Source of the DNA: Moniliella sp. 'wahieum'
Taxonomy: Eukaryota
Direction: 5' to 3'
Length of the DNA stretch: 64,000 nucleotides
NCBI GenBank assembly: GCA_003971905.1
Contig: RSEE01000001.1
Coordinates: forward strand, 248,001-312,000
The first letter of the stretch is position 1, and every line of letters begins with the position of its first letter. A program made the translations under genes and the position numbers. The notes beneath the pieces were generated by a model. It ran no database searches, was not told the DNA's origin, and saw only the letters and a list, made by a program, of their open reading frames with translations. Below are positions 12,069 through 25,122 of this stretch, piece after piece.

Positions 12069-13378
12069 CGCGGCAACCTTGGTGGGGAGAGCGCGCAAGC
12101 GCCAAGCACGGTGTTTGAGGTGGCTAGCACTGCCGAGGGAGGCCGAGGGCGCAGCTGCCCGATCGGGCGACCACGACGTCGCCCCAAATGCCACGTGTAT
12201 CCTTGCAACTTTCAACAAGCGGATTCACGTGAATATTGAATCGAATGCCCTGCGCAGCCTGGCCTATAAAGCGGCTTTGCCTGCTGGCAACTTTTTGTTA
12301 CCGGTAACCGGTTGGCCTCGATTCGGAAGTTTTGATTCCCCTCAGGAACTACTGAACGTCAACCACATGCCCCATCCCTCTGCGCTGGGTGCTGCAGATG
12401 ATACTGCGTGACGCGCATGGAGATCAATGGACTTGGGGGCCGCAAGCAAGGCAGGGGAAAAGGAAGCGGAACAGAGGGCGAAAGCGGGGCCGCCTCGCGC
12501 TCGACTTCGATAGTGACCAGTCGACCATTCCGTCTTTTGCTGCACCTGGGCCTGGGCACTTGAGCCAAGCCGACAGCCTGGCAACGTCCAACCTTCGTTC
12601 CTCCAAGCCTTGACCGCACGCCCACGCCTTAAAGGAGTCAACCACCAGTACGAGGAAACTGCGTGCGATACCAGTTATCTTTTATCGCCGCTGCATCGCA
12701 CATCACATGGGCTATCTGCAAGACCTACCTCCCACTAACGACTCCCTCTCCCCCACTGCATGATATCACGAATGGGAACTGGAAAGATCCGTGCGCATCT
12801 GTTTTGCCAACCTAGGCCGAGAAAGGAGCAACGTCGCCAACCAAGCTGATCATGCACCATGCCCTCCACTCAGGGAGCGGAAGCATGGCAGATCAGGGGT
12901 TTGATAAGGGAACGGAGATCGATAGTCGGCACCACCGCTTCGTAACAGAAGGAGAAGATGGCGACGCAGGATGGTGGCATGAAGGTGGTGATGGTGGTGG
13001 TGTCGGAGGCTTGGGCGGAATGTAGTTAGTTAGAAAACAGGAATCGAGCGGTTGGGGGATTCAATGGCTGGGGGCGGAACAGGGTGGAAACGAGCATTTG
13101 GCAGGACCGTGCGCAAGCAATGCCAGTGGGCGCGCAAGGGGTCAGTGTGGCCTCCATCGGACCGGTAGGGTTGGTGTTGGGAATGGCGTGCTATCGGACA
13201 CTGGCGCCTTGCGGCCCGAACATTCGACACTCTCCCTGTGCCGTCTGCCGGCCGCGCGGAGATGAGTCGATGGGGCCGGAAGAAAAATTGCAAAATTGAA
13301 GCCACGTGCGCGCCGCACGGCGCAAGTGTCGCGTGCAACCAGAGGCAACCCCAGTGCGGGGAGTTCACGCAGGGGGGC

Positions 13379-13385
13379 TATATAA
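13379..13385 (+). promoter_or_regulatory. Putative TATA box of MET6
   Basis: TATATAA lies ~55 bp upstream of the MET6 ATG and is followed by a pyrimidine-rich leader. Confidence 0.5.
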
Positions 13386-13435
13386 GCGGCGCGAAGAAAG
13401 ATGATTCTTCCCACCACCCTCCCGTCTCTGGCATC

Positions 13436-15811
13436 ATGGTGTATGTTCCCCCCCAGCGCGCATGACTGACTGCCGAGCCTCCTAGCTAACCCTGCTTCCT
13501 CCCAGTTCCTCCACTGTCCTCGGTTTCCCCCGCATTGGCCCTCAGCGCGAGGTCAAGAAGGCGCTCGAGGCCTACTGGGGCGGCAAGATCCCGGTTGAGG
13601 AGCTGCTCAAGGTTGCCAAGGAGCAGCGTCTGCTTACCTATGAGATCATCAAGAACCAGGGCGTGGACGTGATCCCCACCGGGACCTTCTCTCTCTACGA
13701 CCACGTCCTGGACAACTCGTTGGTCTTCAACGTGATCCCCGAGGCGTACGCCAAGTCTGGCCTCAACCCCTCGACACGTACTTTGCCCTGGCCCGCGGCC
13801 ACCAGAAGGGCGGTGTTGACCTTCCCGCCACGGAAATGCGCAAGTGGTTTGACAGCAACTACCACTACCTTGTCCCTGAGTTCACCCCTTCGACCGAGTT
13901 CAAGCTGAACGACCTCAAGCCTTTGAACGACTTCGTCGAGGCCAAGGAGGCCGGCTACAACGCTCGTCCTGTGCTCCTCGGCCCCATCACTTTCCTCTAC
14001 CTTGGCAAGGCTGGTAAGGGTGCCCCGGAAGACTTCAAGCCCTTGAGTCTGCTTCCCAAGCTCATTCCCGTGTATGCCGAGCTCCTCAAGAAGCTTGGCG
14101 CTGCTGGTGCGTCTTGGGTTCAAATTGACGAGCCTGTGCTTGTCACGGACGACGCTGCTACCCTTGCGGACGCCTTCAAGCAAGTTTACACGGAGCTTAA
14201 CAAGGCCGTTCCCGAGGTCAACCTGATGCTCACCACGTACTTCGGTCGCCTCGACTCGAACATCAGCTTTGTCAAGGACCTGCCCATTGCTGGTCTCCAC
14301 ATTGACCTTGACCGTGCTCCCCAGCAGCTCGAGTCGGTCGTTGAGGCCGTTGCCCCTACCAAGATTGGCCTCTCGCTTGGTCTCGTTTCGGGCCGCAACA
14401 TCTGGAAGACCGACCTGGCTGCAGCGCTCGAGAAGGCCAAGTACGCTGTGGAGAAGCTTGGTTCGGACCGTGTGGTTGTCGCCAGCTCATCGTCGCTCCT
14501 TCACACTCCCATCACCATTGCCAATGAGAAGAAGCTCTCGCCTGAGGTTCTTGACTGGTTCTCTTTTGCCACTGAGAAGGCTGGCGAAGTGGCTACGCTT
14601 GCCCAGGCTCTCGCCAACCCCAAGGCGGCTGAGGCCGCGTTGGCCAAGAACGCCACCTCGATCAAGGCGCGCCGCGACTACGAGAAGAACTCGGACCCTG
14701 CCGTCCGCGAGCGCCTTGCCGCTATCAAGCCCGCCGACCTGGAGCGCAAGTCGCCTTTCCCTACCCGTGCTGCTCTGCAAAAGAAGCACCTCAACCTTCC
14801 CCTCTTCCCCACCACCACCATCGGCTCTTTCCCCCAGACGAAGGAGATTCGCCAGGTGCGTGCCAAGTTCAACAAGGGTGAGGTGAGCCAGGAGCAGTAC
14901 GACCAGTTCCTGGAGAATGAGATCAAGGATGTGGTCGAACGCCAGGAGAAGCTTGGCCTCGACGTGCTCGTCCACGGCGAGCCCGAGCGCAACGACATGG
15001 TCCAGTACTTCGGTGAACTTCTTGACGGCTTTGCCTTCACCCAGAATGGCTGGGTGCAGAGCTTTGGCTCGCGTTACGTCCGCCCCCCTATCGTGGTGGG
15101 AGACGTGTCGCGCCCCAAGGCCATGACGGTGCGCTGGTCGGTCTATGCTCAAAGCCTGACTAAGAAGACGATGAAGGGCATGCTCACCGGCCCCGTTACC
15201 ATCCTTAACTGGTCTTTCCCCGTGCCGATGTGGGCAAGGACGTGCAAGCACTCCAGATTGCCCTCGCCCTCCGCGACGAGGTGGCCGACTTGCAAAAGGC
15301 GGGCATCAAGGCCATCCAGGTGGATGAGCCGGCCATCCGTGAGGGTCTTCCTCTGCGCCACGCCGACTGGCAGGCCTACCTCCGCTGGGCTGTGGACTCG
15401 TTCAAGCTGGCCACGGCGATCGCAGATGATGATGTCAACACGGCGTCGCACTTCTGCTACTCGGACTTTGCCAACCCGGCCGTGATGCAGGCGATGATTG
15501 ACCTGGACGCCGACATGCTGTCGATTGAGAATGCCAAGGCCGGTGCCAAGTACCTCAACGTCTGGAAGTCGATCCACTACCCCAACGAGATTGGCCCTGG
15601 TGTGTTTGACATCCACTCGCCTCGTGTGCCGTCGAAGGAGGAGATGCTTCAGCGGATCAAGGAGAATGCTCTGTTCCTCACCCCCGAGCAGCTCTGGGTC
15701 AACCCCGACTGTGGTCTCAAGACGCGCACCTGGCCCGAGTGCGAGGCGCAGCTGGCCAACATGGTCACCGCCGCGAAGGAGGCTCGCGCTCTGTTCGCCG
15801 ACAAGAAGTAA
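13436..15811 (+). CDS. MET6: Cobalamin-independent methionine synthase
   Basis: ATG GT^gtatgt..cccag intron 13441..13505 gives MVSSTVLGFPRIG; KWFDSNYHY; PTTTIGSFPQT; HGEPERNDMVQYFGE; HFCYSDF; WVNPDCGLKTR. Two indel frameshifts (~13770, ~15220). Confidence 0.97.
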
Positions 15812-16016
15812 GGCTCCTCTTTCTCCATCTCCCACCCTCCTCCCGATCGCGCTACTTCAACATAGTAGCCGTCCTCGGGCGTGCTCAACGCATCGCCCAA
15901 CTTGGACTCCACCAGCAACCCCATCTGGGCCCCATCTGGCTTCACGTCGTCGGAGCCTACTCTGACATGACATGATTCACTCCTTGTATTGTTCAACACC
16001 ATCTGTAAGATGATTC

Positions 16017-16233
16017 TGTAAGACCGGAGGAACCCAAGGGATTGGGTGAAGAACCTCTGGAAATGTAGAGCAATGCAATCGCGATGGTGGTGGTTAAGGT
16101 CTAAGCCTTGTGCCACACCTAGAGACAGGGGTTCAGACAAGCCTGAGTATACACGTGGAGGCTTCGGAGGACAAATCAGGGGTGAAGGGTGATGAGGCGC
16201 CTTGGCCTAAGTACGGGACCACGGGTCCCAACA
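16017..16233 (-). repeat. 3' LTR of the copia element (217 bp)
   Basis: Identical to 21360..21578 except for a 2-nt (GT) indel. On the element strand it is preceded by a G7 polypurine tract (16234..16240). Confidence 0.96.
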
Positions 16234-16298
16234 CCCCCCCGGGCCAAGGGAACGAAAGAAGCCCGTTGGCCATCAACAAAAGAAAAGTAGAAAGGGGA

Positions 16299-19200
16299 TC
16301 AGCGCGAAGAAAGAGAAGCCAAATCGAAATTGTTACGCGCAGAAATGATCTTGGGAAGAGAAAGAGGTTTGGTGAACCAGTCAGGGAGATGGTGTGCACC
16401 TGGAGTGTAGTGGACTTTAATTTCGCCTCGGTGGATGCGTTCCCGCACCTCGTGGTACGAGACGTCAATCTCCCGTATTTTGCCTAGGCTGCCGAGCTTT
16501 TCGGCCAACGCTTTGGCAGCGGTGTTGTCAACAAAGAGCTCAATCGGGTGATTAGCCTTGCAGACACCAAGTTCAAACAGTATGTTGCGAATGAATAGAG
16601 CATCTCGAAGGCCATCTCCCATGGCTAGGTATTCAGATGCTGCTGTGTTGCTCACACCTTGATTTTGGGACTTGGAGCCCCAGGATACAGGCACACCGAA
16701 AACAAAAACAACATGGCCCGAAACGGAGTGAGAGTTGCTCTTGTCTGATGCAAAGGAGGCATCGGTGTGCAGCTCGAGTAGAGGGCGAGATCGGTTGGGT
16801 GTGAGGCACAAAGAGTAGTCAGACGTACCGGCGAAGAAACGTAATAGGTCCTCCGCTGCGCGTCGGTGGGCGGCGGACGGGTCGTCCATAAACCGCGCTA
16901 AAAAGGTAGCCGCAAAGAGGGCATCAGGCCGGGACATACGAGCCGCCCACAAGCTGGATCCGACAATAGAACGGTAGGCACGGTGCTCGTCTCGAGTGGC
17001 ACGCTTTTCGTGTTCGGGTCGCTTGGGAGGCGGAAGTTGGTGGCCGATTGGAAGGTAGCGGGGCCGGGGTGAGGTGATATGTCATGCGCGGCAAGCGTCT
17101 CAGCGATGAATTTGGGTTGGCTGATGTACAGTCGTCCATCGATACGGTCGTATTGGCAGCCGAGATGGAAACGTAGGGGGCCGTTGGACTTAATTTGGAT
17201 GCTGCGCCTTAATTCCACTAAGAATTCATCATACGCTTCTTGGGACCGACACGCGACCAAAAAGTCGTCAGTGTGGACGGCGATTAGGATCAGGCCAAGA
17301 GGTTCGGTGCGACGTATGAACAGGCAAGGCTCTGATTTTAGGCTAGTGAAGTGGAGTCGGTCGCAAAGGAAAGTGCGGAGCCAATCTCCAAAGTTGGCCC
17401 CGCTCTGGTGCAGGCCATAGAGACTTTTCTTGAGTCTCCAGCAATGACCGGGCGCTTCTGGGAAGAAGGGGGGTGGTCGAACATAGACGAGCTCGTTGAT
17501 ATCGGCATAGAGGTAGGCAGCTTCCACATCGGCAGAAAATAAGTGGAGGCCATCAGCTTCGGCCAACGCAATTAGCGTGTTGACGGCAGCAGTACGAACG
17601 GCAGGAGCAAAAGATTTCGCCCATGTGCCAGGAACTTGCCGGTGCCCTCCCACAACGTAGCGGGCACGGTACTTGAGGAAGTTAGCATCCGCATCCGTCT
17701 TAGTACCTATGACCCACATGCCGGGAAGGGGTTTGATCCCTGGGGGGATGGGTACAACTTCCTTCACGTCACGCTCGTCAAAACGCCGAAGCTCGAGGCG
17801 CATTGCCTCGAGTACGCCATCAAAGGCAGGGTGACCCACCAACTTCTTGATGTTCTTGGGGGCCACCGGGACCCCATCGGTGGTCAGTATGACCTCGGTG
17901 TCACTTGCCGCGGATTCGATTGCGAGTGCAATGGGGGGCGAGCTTGGCTCCGAAGCAGGTAGCATGGATGTGTCCGGCGCTGGTCCGAAAATACTCACCA
18001 AAGCCTGCATTCCTAGGGCGGAGAGGGCGGCCGGGTTGCCAAAGATGCTAGGGGCCTTGTTGACGAGCAGGGAAAAGGTGCCATCGCGCAAATTGTCGTT
18101 GGCTGGAATGGACAGGTCGAGGGGTGGAGCGTTGATACGCGCTTGGCGAACGGGATTGCGACGCACGAGTGCGGGGACGGCTGTATCGGTCAGGGGCACG
18201 GTCACGGGGGCGAGCGTGTCGGGGGGGAGAGAGGGGAGGGGGATAGGGCGGGAGAGGAAGGGGAAGTGGAAGAGGGAGGGGAAAGCAGGACTTGGTGGCC
18301 AGTGTCAACGGCATCTTCTGTGATAGTTTCATTTTCTTCGGCTTGCTTTGCCTGGCGTTGTGCCATGCCTGCGGGGTCAGATGCAACAGGTTGGGGGGAT
18401 ACATGTGGGGGGTTGGAGTTGGTGGGAGTGGGGCCAGGCTCTGAATTCTCATTTTCGTTGGCTTGAGCCGGGCGATGTGCCTCTGTTTTTCGTTCTTTTA
18501 ATTTTCTTTTTCCATGGGGGGCATTGTCTTTCTTACCATTAGTATCGCGGGTCAGTTCATCTATCGCAAAACGCACACGCCGGGGTGGGGAGCTGTCTGA
18601 CTTCCCACCAGCACCCATTTCTCCGCCCCCCCGCACCTCTCCGCCACCAGCAGGGACAAGGGGGTCCAGATGAAAGTGCGTGGGATATTCGGTGGTGTAC
18701 GGGACATGCGTCCAGGTGGACGGCTTTTTCCAACGGAATCCAACTTGGCCGTCGTCCTGGTGGATGGCAAAGAGCCACCCCTTCGAACCGCGGCCGTGCC
18801 CGTAACCCACCAACATTGCTGGGACGGCCCGCGGACCAAGTTTGCCGCCCTCGCGTTGGTTGGGCAATAGGTGCAGGTAGGCAAGAGTGCCAAAACCGCG
18901 CATGCGAAGGGAGGGTTTGAAGCCATGGTACCGGACAAATCGGCTGTCCCCACCCAGTGCTTTCGGCGGCGACTGGTTGTGTGCATATGTGGCCGCCAAC
19001 AAGCTGTGTTCCCACCACTCGTCGGGAGTCAATCTGTTGGCGATTACCATGAGTCGAGCGCGATCCGTAATCGATCTTATGGCGCGTTCGGCGACCCCAT
19101 TGGACGCACTTTCGCCAGGATTGGTGCGCTCGCTCACTACTCCCAGCTCGCAGTAAAACTCGTCCATTGCGGTGGTGAGTTCAGGCGCATTGTCAGAGCG

Positions 19201-21253
19201 GACCGTCTGAAGGGGGCGGTCGGGATGTTGGCGATGCTCGCGCCGGATGAAGGCTTGAAGTTCGGCTGTGGCATCACCCTTGGACACCAGGGGTAGCGTC
19301 CAGGTATACCGCGTAAAGTCGTCGACAATGATAAGGGCGTAAGTATGACCCCGCCGCCTTGGCGGGATATGTCAAGGACGTCGAGGTGGAGGAGAGAGAA
19401 AGGGCGAATGGTTCGGATTGGGCGTCCAGTCGTGGCGTGGGGTGGGGCAGTGGCTCTGCTTAATGCGCATGGTGCACAGTGCCACGAGGACCGGACTAAA
19501 GCGATGTCGCCACTGTTGACCCGTTCGAATGCTGGGTCATCCGACGTGAGGGATGAAAGTTGATCTAGAGGTGCATGATTCCATCGGATGTGGGCGTTTT
19601 TCACCTTGACCAGGGTTGCATCAAGGTTGAGTAGCGAAGTGGCGCTGTTGGCTGTGGCTGTCGTATTGGGCGCCAGAGTAAGGGAATAGCTTGAGTCGGC
19701 GGCGAGACGAAAAGGTTCGCCGTGTCGTCCGAGATAGAGACCATGGCCACCTGGAGGGATCCAGCTGCCAATGCCTGCGATAGATAGATGGTAAGCGCTG
19801 AGCAGGTTGGTCGGGAAGGTGGGGCAGTACAAGCTGCCGGGTAGGTGGATGCGGATAGGGGCTCCGTTCTGGGTTTGAATGTACATAGAGATGGTGCCAA
19901 TGCCTTCAGTGTATGCGATCTGTCCGTTTGCCACTGCTATGGGCTCGCGGTGTGGACGAAGATTGATAAACGCACTTCGTTCATTGAATACGGATGGTCT
20001 CGCACCTGAATCGTGTTGCGCAGGGAGGTTGGCTGGCTTGGGTGGTGTAGTGGCTGCCATAGGGGTTACTGCATGGGCAGATGAGGTGGTCTGGGCTGTC
20101 GTAGCCGGCCGGCTAAAGTGGCCGCCACGTTGGCCACCACGGTGACTTCCTCTGTACCCGCTGCCACCTCGGCCTCGTCCGCGGCCTGTCACCGTACTGC
20201 TTGTTTGGCTGTGCGACGTGGCTTCCGAAGGGGCCGTACTGGAGGGAGCTGGGCTTGAACTGGAGGTACTGCCGTAGTTGGAGCCTTTGAGTTCGCTCAC
20301 TGCTCGGCGCAATTCGGCGTAGCTGCTGTTACGATGGAGGTGCAACCACCCCTGATCAGTAACGCCTTTCCGTAGCATCTGTGCTAGACCAATCTCGTCC
20401 AGCTTGGACTTGGACGTCATCTCGTACTGGGTTACCGCCACAGTGAACTCATTCAGGTATTGGCGGCCCGACTTGGTGCCCATTTTGAGAGTGAGAACCT
20501 TTATGAGGATATCACAGATCTCAGTGTCTGAAACGGTGCCGTACAAATCACGCAGAGCATGATAGTATGCAGACCCTAGAGCCGGCGTGCCATCGCCGGT
20601 GATCTGCTGGACGACGTCGGAGTCTATCCACGGGAGTAGAATGTTGGCCAAGTGAGCGTCCAGTTCTGCGTTATACCCGTCCAGGGCCTTGCCCTGTTCC
20701 AGATGCTCACGCGCTCCAGGGATAATCTGGATACGAGGGAGGAAGATCCGGGTCCATAACCAAAACGAGCTGTTGTTGTGGAAACGCTCGTGGTACGGCA
20801 CGTTGTGCGAGTGGCACTACGGAGGAGCTTGTCGGGAGTCAAAGCCCACGGGTTGTCGTCGACGGCCGGAGTTGACGATAAGGCACCTTCGTTCTTGCTA
20901 GCATTGGGTGGATTCTCACATGATAACATGACAATGGCTTCTGTGGTCGTCTTTTCGCTGTACCCAAGCTTGATACCAGTGTCCTGTAGCTGTTTGAGGG
21001 TGATGTGTTCGGGAAACAATTTGAACATGTTGCGAATGCGGTCGGCGAGGGTGGCGACGTCGTTCGCGGTGTTGTCGGGGCCCACGGGGGTGGGTTGAGG
21101 TGTAGGGGTAGATTCACGCGATGGTGTCAGCGGCGGGGAGGCGTGGTCAACTCCGACGGGAGTGGTGCTCTCTTCTGCTCCGGCAGTTGGTGAAGTAGGG
21201 GTTGAGGAGTTGAACCAAGACTCCTGAGTCTGAGAGCTCATGATGCTTGCCAT
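16299..21253 (-). CDS. Copia gag-pol polyprotein (split into ~6 ORF pieces by indels)
   Basis: ORFs 20624..21274, 19137..20801, 18202..19287, 16898..18205 and 16299..16952 carry the consecutive gag/PR/IN/RT/RH motifs. Confidence 0.9.
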
Positions 21254-21359
21254 TAGCTTACGCAGTTCGAGCAAGCGCTTGTGGATAGGGCCGGCAGCGG
21301 AGGACCGAAGAGTGTAAGAGTGGAAGGCTCAGGGCTGAGCGTCAAGAGGATTGTAACTC

Positions 21360-21578
21360 TGTAAGACCGGAGGAACCCAAGGGATTGGGTGAAGAACCTC
21401 TGGAAATGTAGAGCAATGCAATCGCGATGGTGGTGGTTAAGGTCTAAGCCTTGTGCCACACCTAGAGACAGGGGTTCAGACAAGCCTGAGTATACACGTG
21501 GAGGCTTCGGAGGACAAATCAGGGGTGAAGGGTGATGAGGCGCCTTGGCCTAAGTACGGGACCACGGGTGTCCCAACA
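21360..21578 (-). repeat. 5' LTR of the copia element (219 bp)
   Basis: TGTTGGGACAC...GGTCTTACA on the minus strand; direct repeat of 16017..16233. Confidence 0.96.
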
Positions 21579-21828
21579 ATAAATGCGTTCACGGAAGGTC
21601 CTGGTGATGATGCAGATGTTGCCAGGCAGATGGTGTGCACTGTAGTTGGAATTGCCTCGGCCTTTCTTTGGCTGAGCTGTCCGTGGCATTCAACCAAACT
21701 ATGAAATGCACCAAAACTTCCTTAGCCGTCGTCCGTGCACAGTGCTGGAAGGACACAAAAGGATCATCGATTCAGAATGTTATCGTATGCGTACTTAGAA
21801 TACACAGAAGAGATATGATTTGCTACTG

Positions 21829-23506
21829 TCAAAGATGAGGTGGGGCCAAGTCCTTGTCAAGGTAGGGGTACAGGTCGGAGGTGAGAAACTCGGACGGCTT
21901 GTCCTGCCGCACCTGGTCCGAGAGATACTTGCGTGCAAGCGCGACGGCCTTGCCATCCAGGCTCTTTAATTTGCTTTCTTCCTCGGCAAGCAACTGATCA
22001 ACGTACTCGGGGGTGATCTTTTGGCCCTCGGCCGTCGTCGAGACAGTGGTGCACCCAGGACCACAGACCCACACGGGAAATTTCAGCGGTAGCCGCATCC
22101 TCCATCATATAGTTGATGGGCACACACCCATTTCCCTTGATCCAGTTGGCGCAGTAGCCCAGCAGTGCCGAGACGTTGGCCCGAGCGCCGCCCTCGGTGA
22201 TTTGGCCCGGGACCGACGGGTTCAGCAGGTCCTGAGCAGTGACCGTGACCTCTTCCCGACGGACATAGTATTGGTTGGGACCAAGCATGTGCTCATTAAA
22301 GACCTCAAGAGCAATCTGTACCAGTGCTGGGTGAGCGACCCAGGTGCCGTCGTGACCAGCGGTCACTTCGCGCAACTTGTCAGCCCGAACCTTGTTCATT
22401 GCCACCTCGTTGGCCTGGGGGTTGTCCTTGATGGGGATCTGTGCGGCCATACCGCCAATGGCAGCTACGCCGCGCTTGTGACACGTCTGAATCAGCAGGT
22501 TGACATAAGCCTGCATGAATGGAACCGTCATGGTCACGTCGGCCCGGTCGGGCAAAATCTTGTCGGGCAGGAAGCGTTGACGTTTAATAAACGAAAAAAT
22601 GTAGTCCCACCGGCCACAGTTGAGACCAGAACTGTGCTCACGCAACTCGTAGATGATCTCGTCCATTTGGAAGGCAGCCGTGATGGTCTCAATCAGCACA
22701 GTGCCACGAATAGTGCCACGAGGGATGGCAAGGTAATCCTGCGCGACATTGAAAATGTCGTTCCAGAGGCGTGCCTCAAGGTGATGCTCCATCTTGGGAA
22801 GGTAAAAGTAAGGGCCAAATCCGGTGCGAACAAGCTCCTTGGCATTGTGGAAAAAGTAGAGGGCGAAGTCAAAGATGCCCCGGACACTGGCTGGCCATCA
22901 ATCACTACATGGCCCTCGTTGAGATGCCATCCACGTGGACGAACGATCAAGGTCGCCGTCTCCCCCGCCGGCTTGAGCTTGTACGCCTTGCCATTCGAAG
23001 CAGTGAAATCAATCTTGCGGAAGACGGCATCCCGCATGTTGACCTGGCCATCGAGATTGTTGGTCCAGGTCGGGGAGTTGGAGTCTTCGAAGTCGGCCAT
23101 GTAGGTGTAGGCACCCGAATTAAGTGCATTGATCACCATCTTGCGGTCCACAGGACCGGTAATCTCCACGCGCCGGTCACGGAGACCAGGAGAAGGAGGC
23201 GCAGCACGCCAGGTCGGGTTCTCACGAATGTGCTTGGTCTCGGGCAAAAAGTCGAGAGGCACGCCTGCATCGAGTTGCAACTGCCGCACCTCTCGCGCCT
23301 TGAGCAGCTTTTGGCGTGTCGGCTCAAAGGTGCGATGGAGGATGGCAAGGAACGAAAGGGCCTCTGTAGTGAGGATCTCCTTGTGCAGACCCTCAACAGG
23401 GCCTGTGCGATAGAAGAGCGAGGGTCAATCCCACACTCCCCACGGGCATACGGAACAGGGGGAGGGGGGAAAACGTACCAAGAATGCGAATGCCGTCGAG
23501 GGACAT
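21829..23506 (-). CDS. MLS1: Malate synthase A (glyoxylate cycle)
   Basis: [81 protein letters not shown]. Intron at 23403..23478. Confidence 0.96.
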
Positions 23507-24789
23507 GGTAGTGCTGGTGCTGGTGGTTCTGGACAGTGAGGGCAGAAGGTCTTTTGGTGGAGGGGGGGGAATGCAAAGAGGAATGCTGAAGAACGCTGAG
23601 GAACCCCCGCAGAGGAGGAGTGGCGGTCCTATATATACCCAAACGACCGAACGTGCGTCATGGCAGCGGCCAGCTGGGGCGGGAGTGGTGTGTTGCTGAG
23701 GAGCCAGTGTTAAGACTGGCGTGGTGGCTGCAGCGACGGAGAACATTTCAGTTTTACCCCACCGCAATGGCCATGGTTCGGAAGGCGAGGAGGGGGACTG
23801 GCGCCGGCGGCGGGTCCATCCTCGGTCCGCTACGCCCGAATCCGTTTGCTCCGCCGCCCGTTTGCTCGATGATCAATCGATGAGATGGAATGCATCCCTA
23901 TCACCATCTCGGACGCCGTCTTTGGTATCCGGTTGATGGCCCAATGTCCACATGGGCCCAGCCCCCAGCCGTCGGCTTCCCTGCCCTCGCGGCTCCCGCA
24001 CCCGAGTCTAGCCAAGCCGACGACGTAGCGCCCATACGGCAACTGGGAACGGGGTACTGGGTACTGGGTGCGAGGAGAGGCAACAGAGCATACCAGCGAG
24101 TATCCCAACATGTGTGTCCGCATTGGGTCCCTCCTCCCGATAGTCTCCTGTAGCCAGCCCTACGTCGCCTAGCCTGCTGTCACCATGCCACCACACCCGC
24201 CTGCACCCACCCTATATTTCCCGTTCTCCTGGATGTCATCCAGAGCACCTTTGCTGCAACCTACTACAACTGCTGTGCAGCTAGCTGCCTGCACTTGATG
24301 GCCGTCTGATTTGCATGTTCCAAGTAGTACCCAGTACCAGGATCCCACAATTTTTTCCATCCTCCGGCATGCACCTGCTTGATCCCGAGGTGCTGAGCTC
24401 AGCGCTCATCAGGGCAGTGGGGAACCACAGCCTGTCACAGCCTAATGACCCTTGCTTGCTGTCCCACGCCTATTGCATGACGACGGAAGTCTTACTGTCT
24501 GCTGCTCTGTCCTTCCCTATTGATAGAGGAACGAAGTCTATCCTAGTGGATTTTATAGTGCTGCAGAGCTCGCTATTTTCCACATCCATCTCCGCAGAGT
24601 TAAGGTAGGATCCTAGGGCCTAGCTATAACCTGCATGATAAAAGTCCGAGACGGAGTGGCACACAAAGCGACGTGCACTCGCGGATATTTGCCACTATGC
24701 AACGCACGGCAAAGCTGGGCAATACGAAGATAGTATAGTTGCAGTATGAAGCTGCTGGTACAGACAAGAGTACAGACGCCGCGAAAGGT

Positions 24790-25122
<333 letters not shown>

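Larger units (their letters stand above)
16017..21578 (-). mobile_element. Full-length Ty1/copia LTR retrotransposon (~5.56 kb)
   Basis: Two near-identical TG..CA LTRs. Domain order gag-PR(DSGA)-IN(H..H..CxxC; LHLD, RSDN, NGVAERAIRS, GKLGPRA)-RT(KYRARYV, DVEAAYL, LKKSLYGLHQSG, HTDD)-RNaseH(HTDASF, SEYLA, DNTAA, FTKPL) is diagnostic of copia. Confidence 0.97.

Noticed and set aside
13302..13310. CACGTG upstream of MET6 as a Cbf1/Met4 site
   Set aside because: A single hexamer that is common in this sequence; the Cbf1-Met4 circuit is not established for this lineage.
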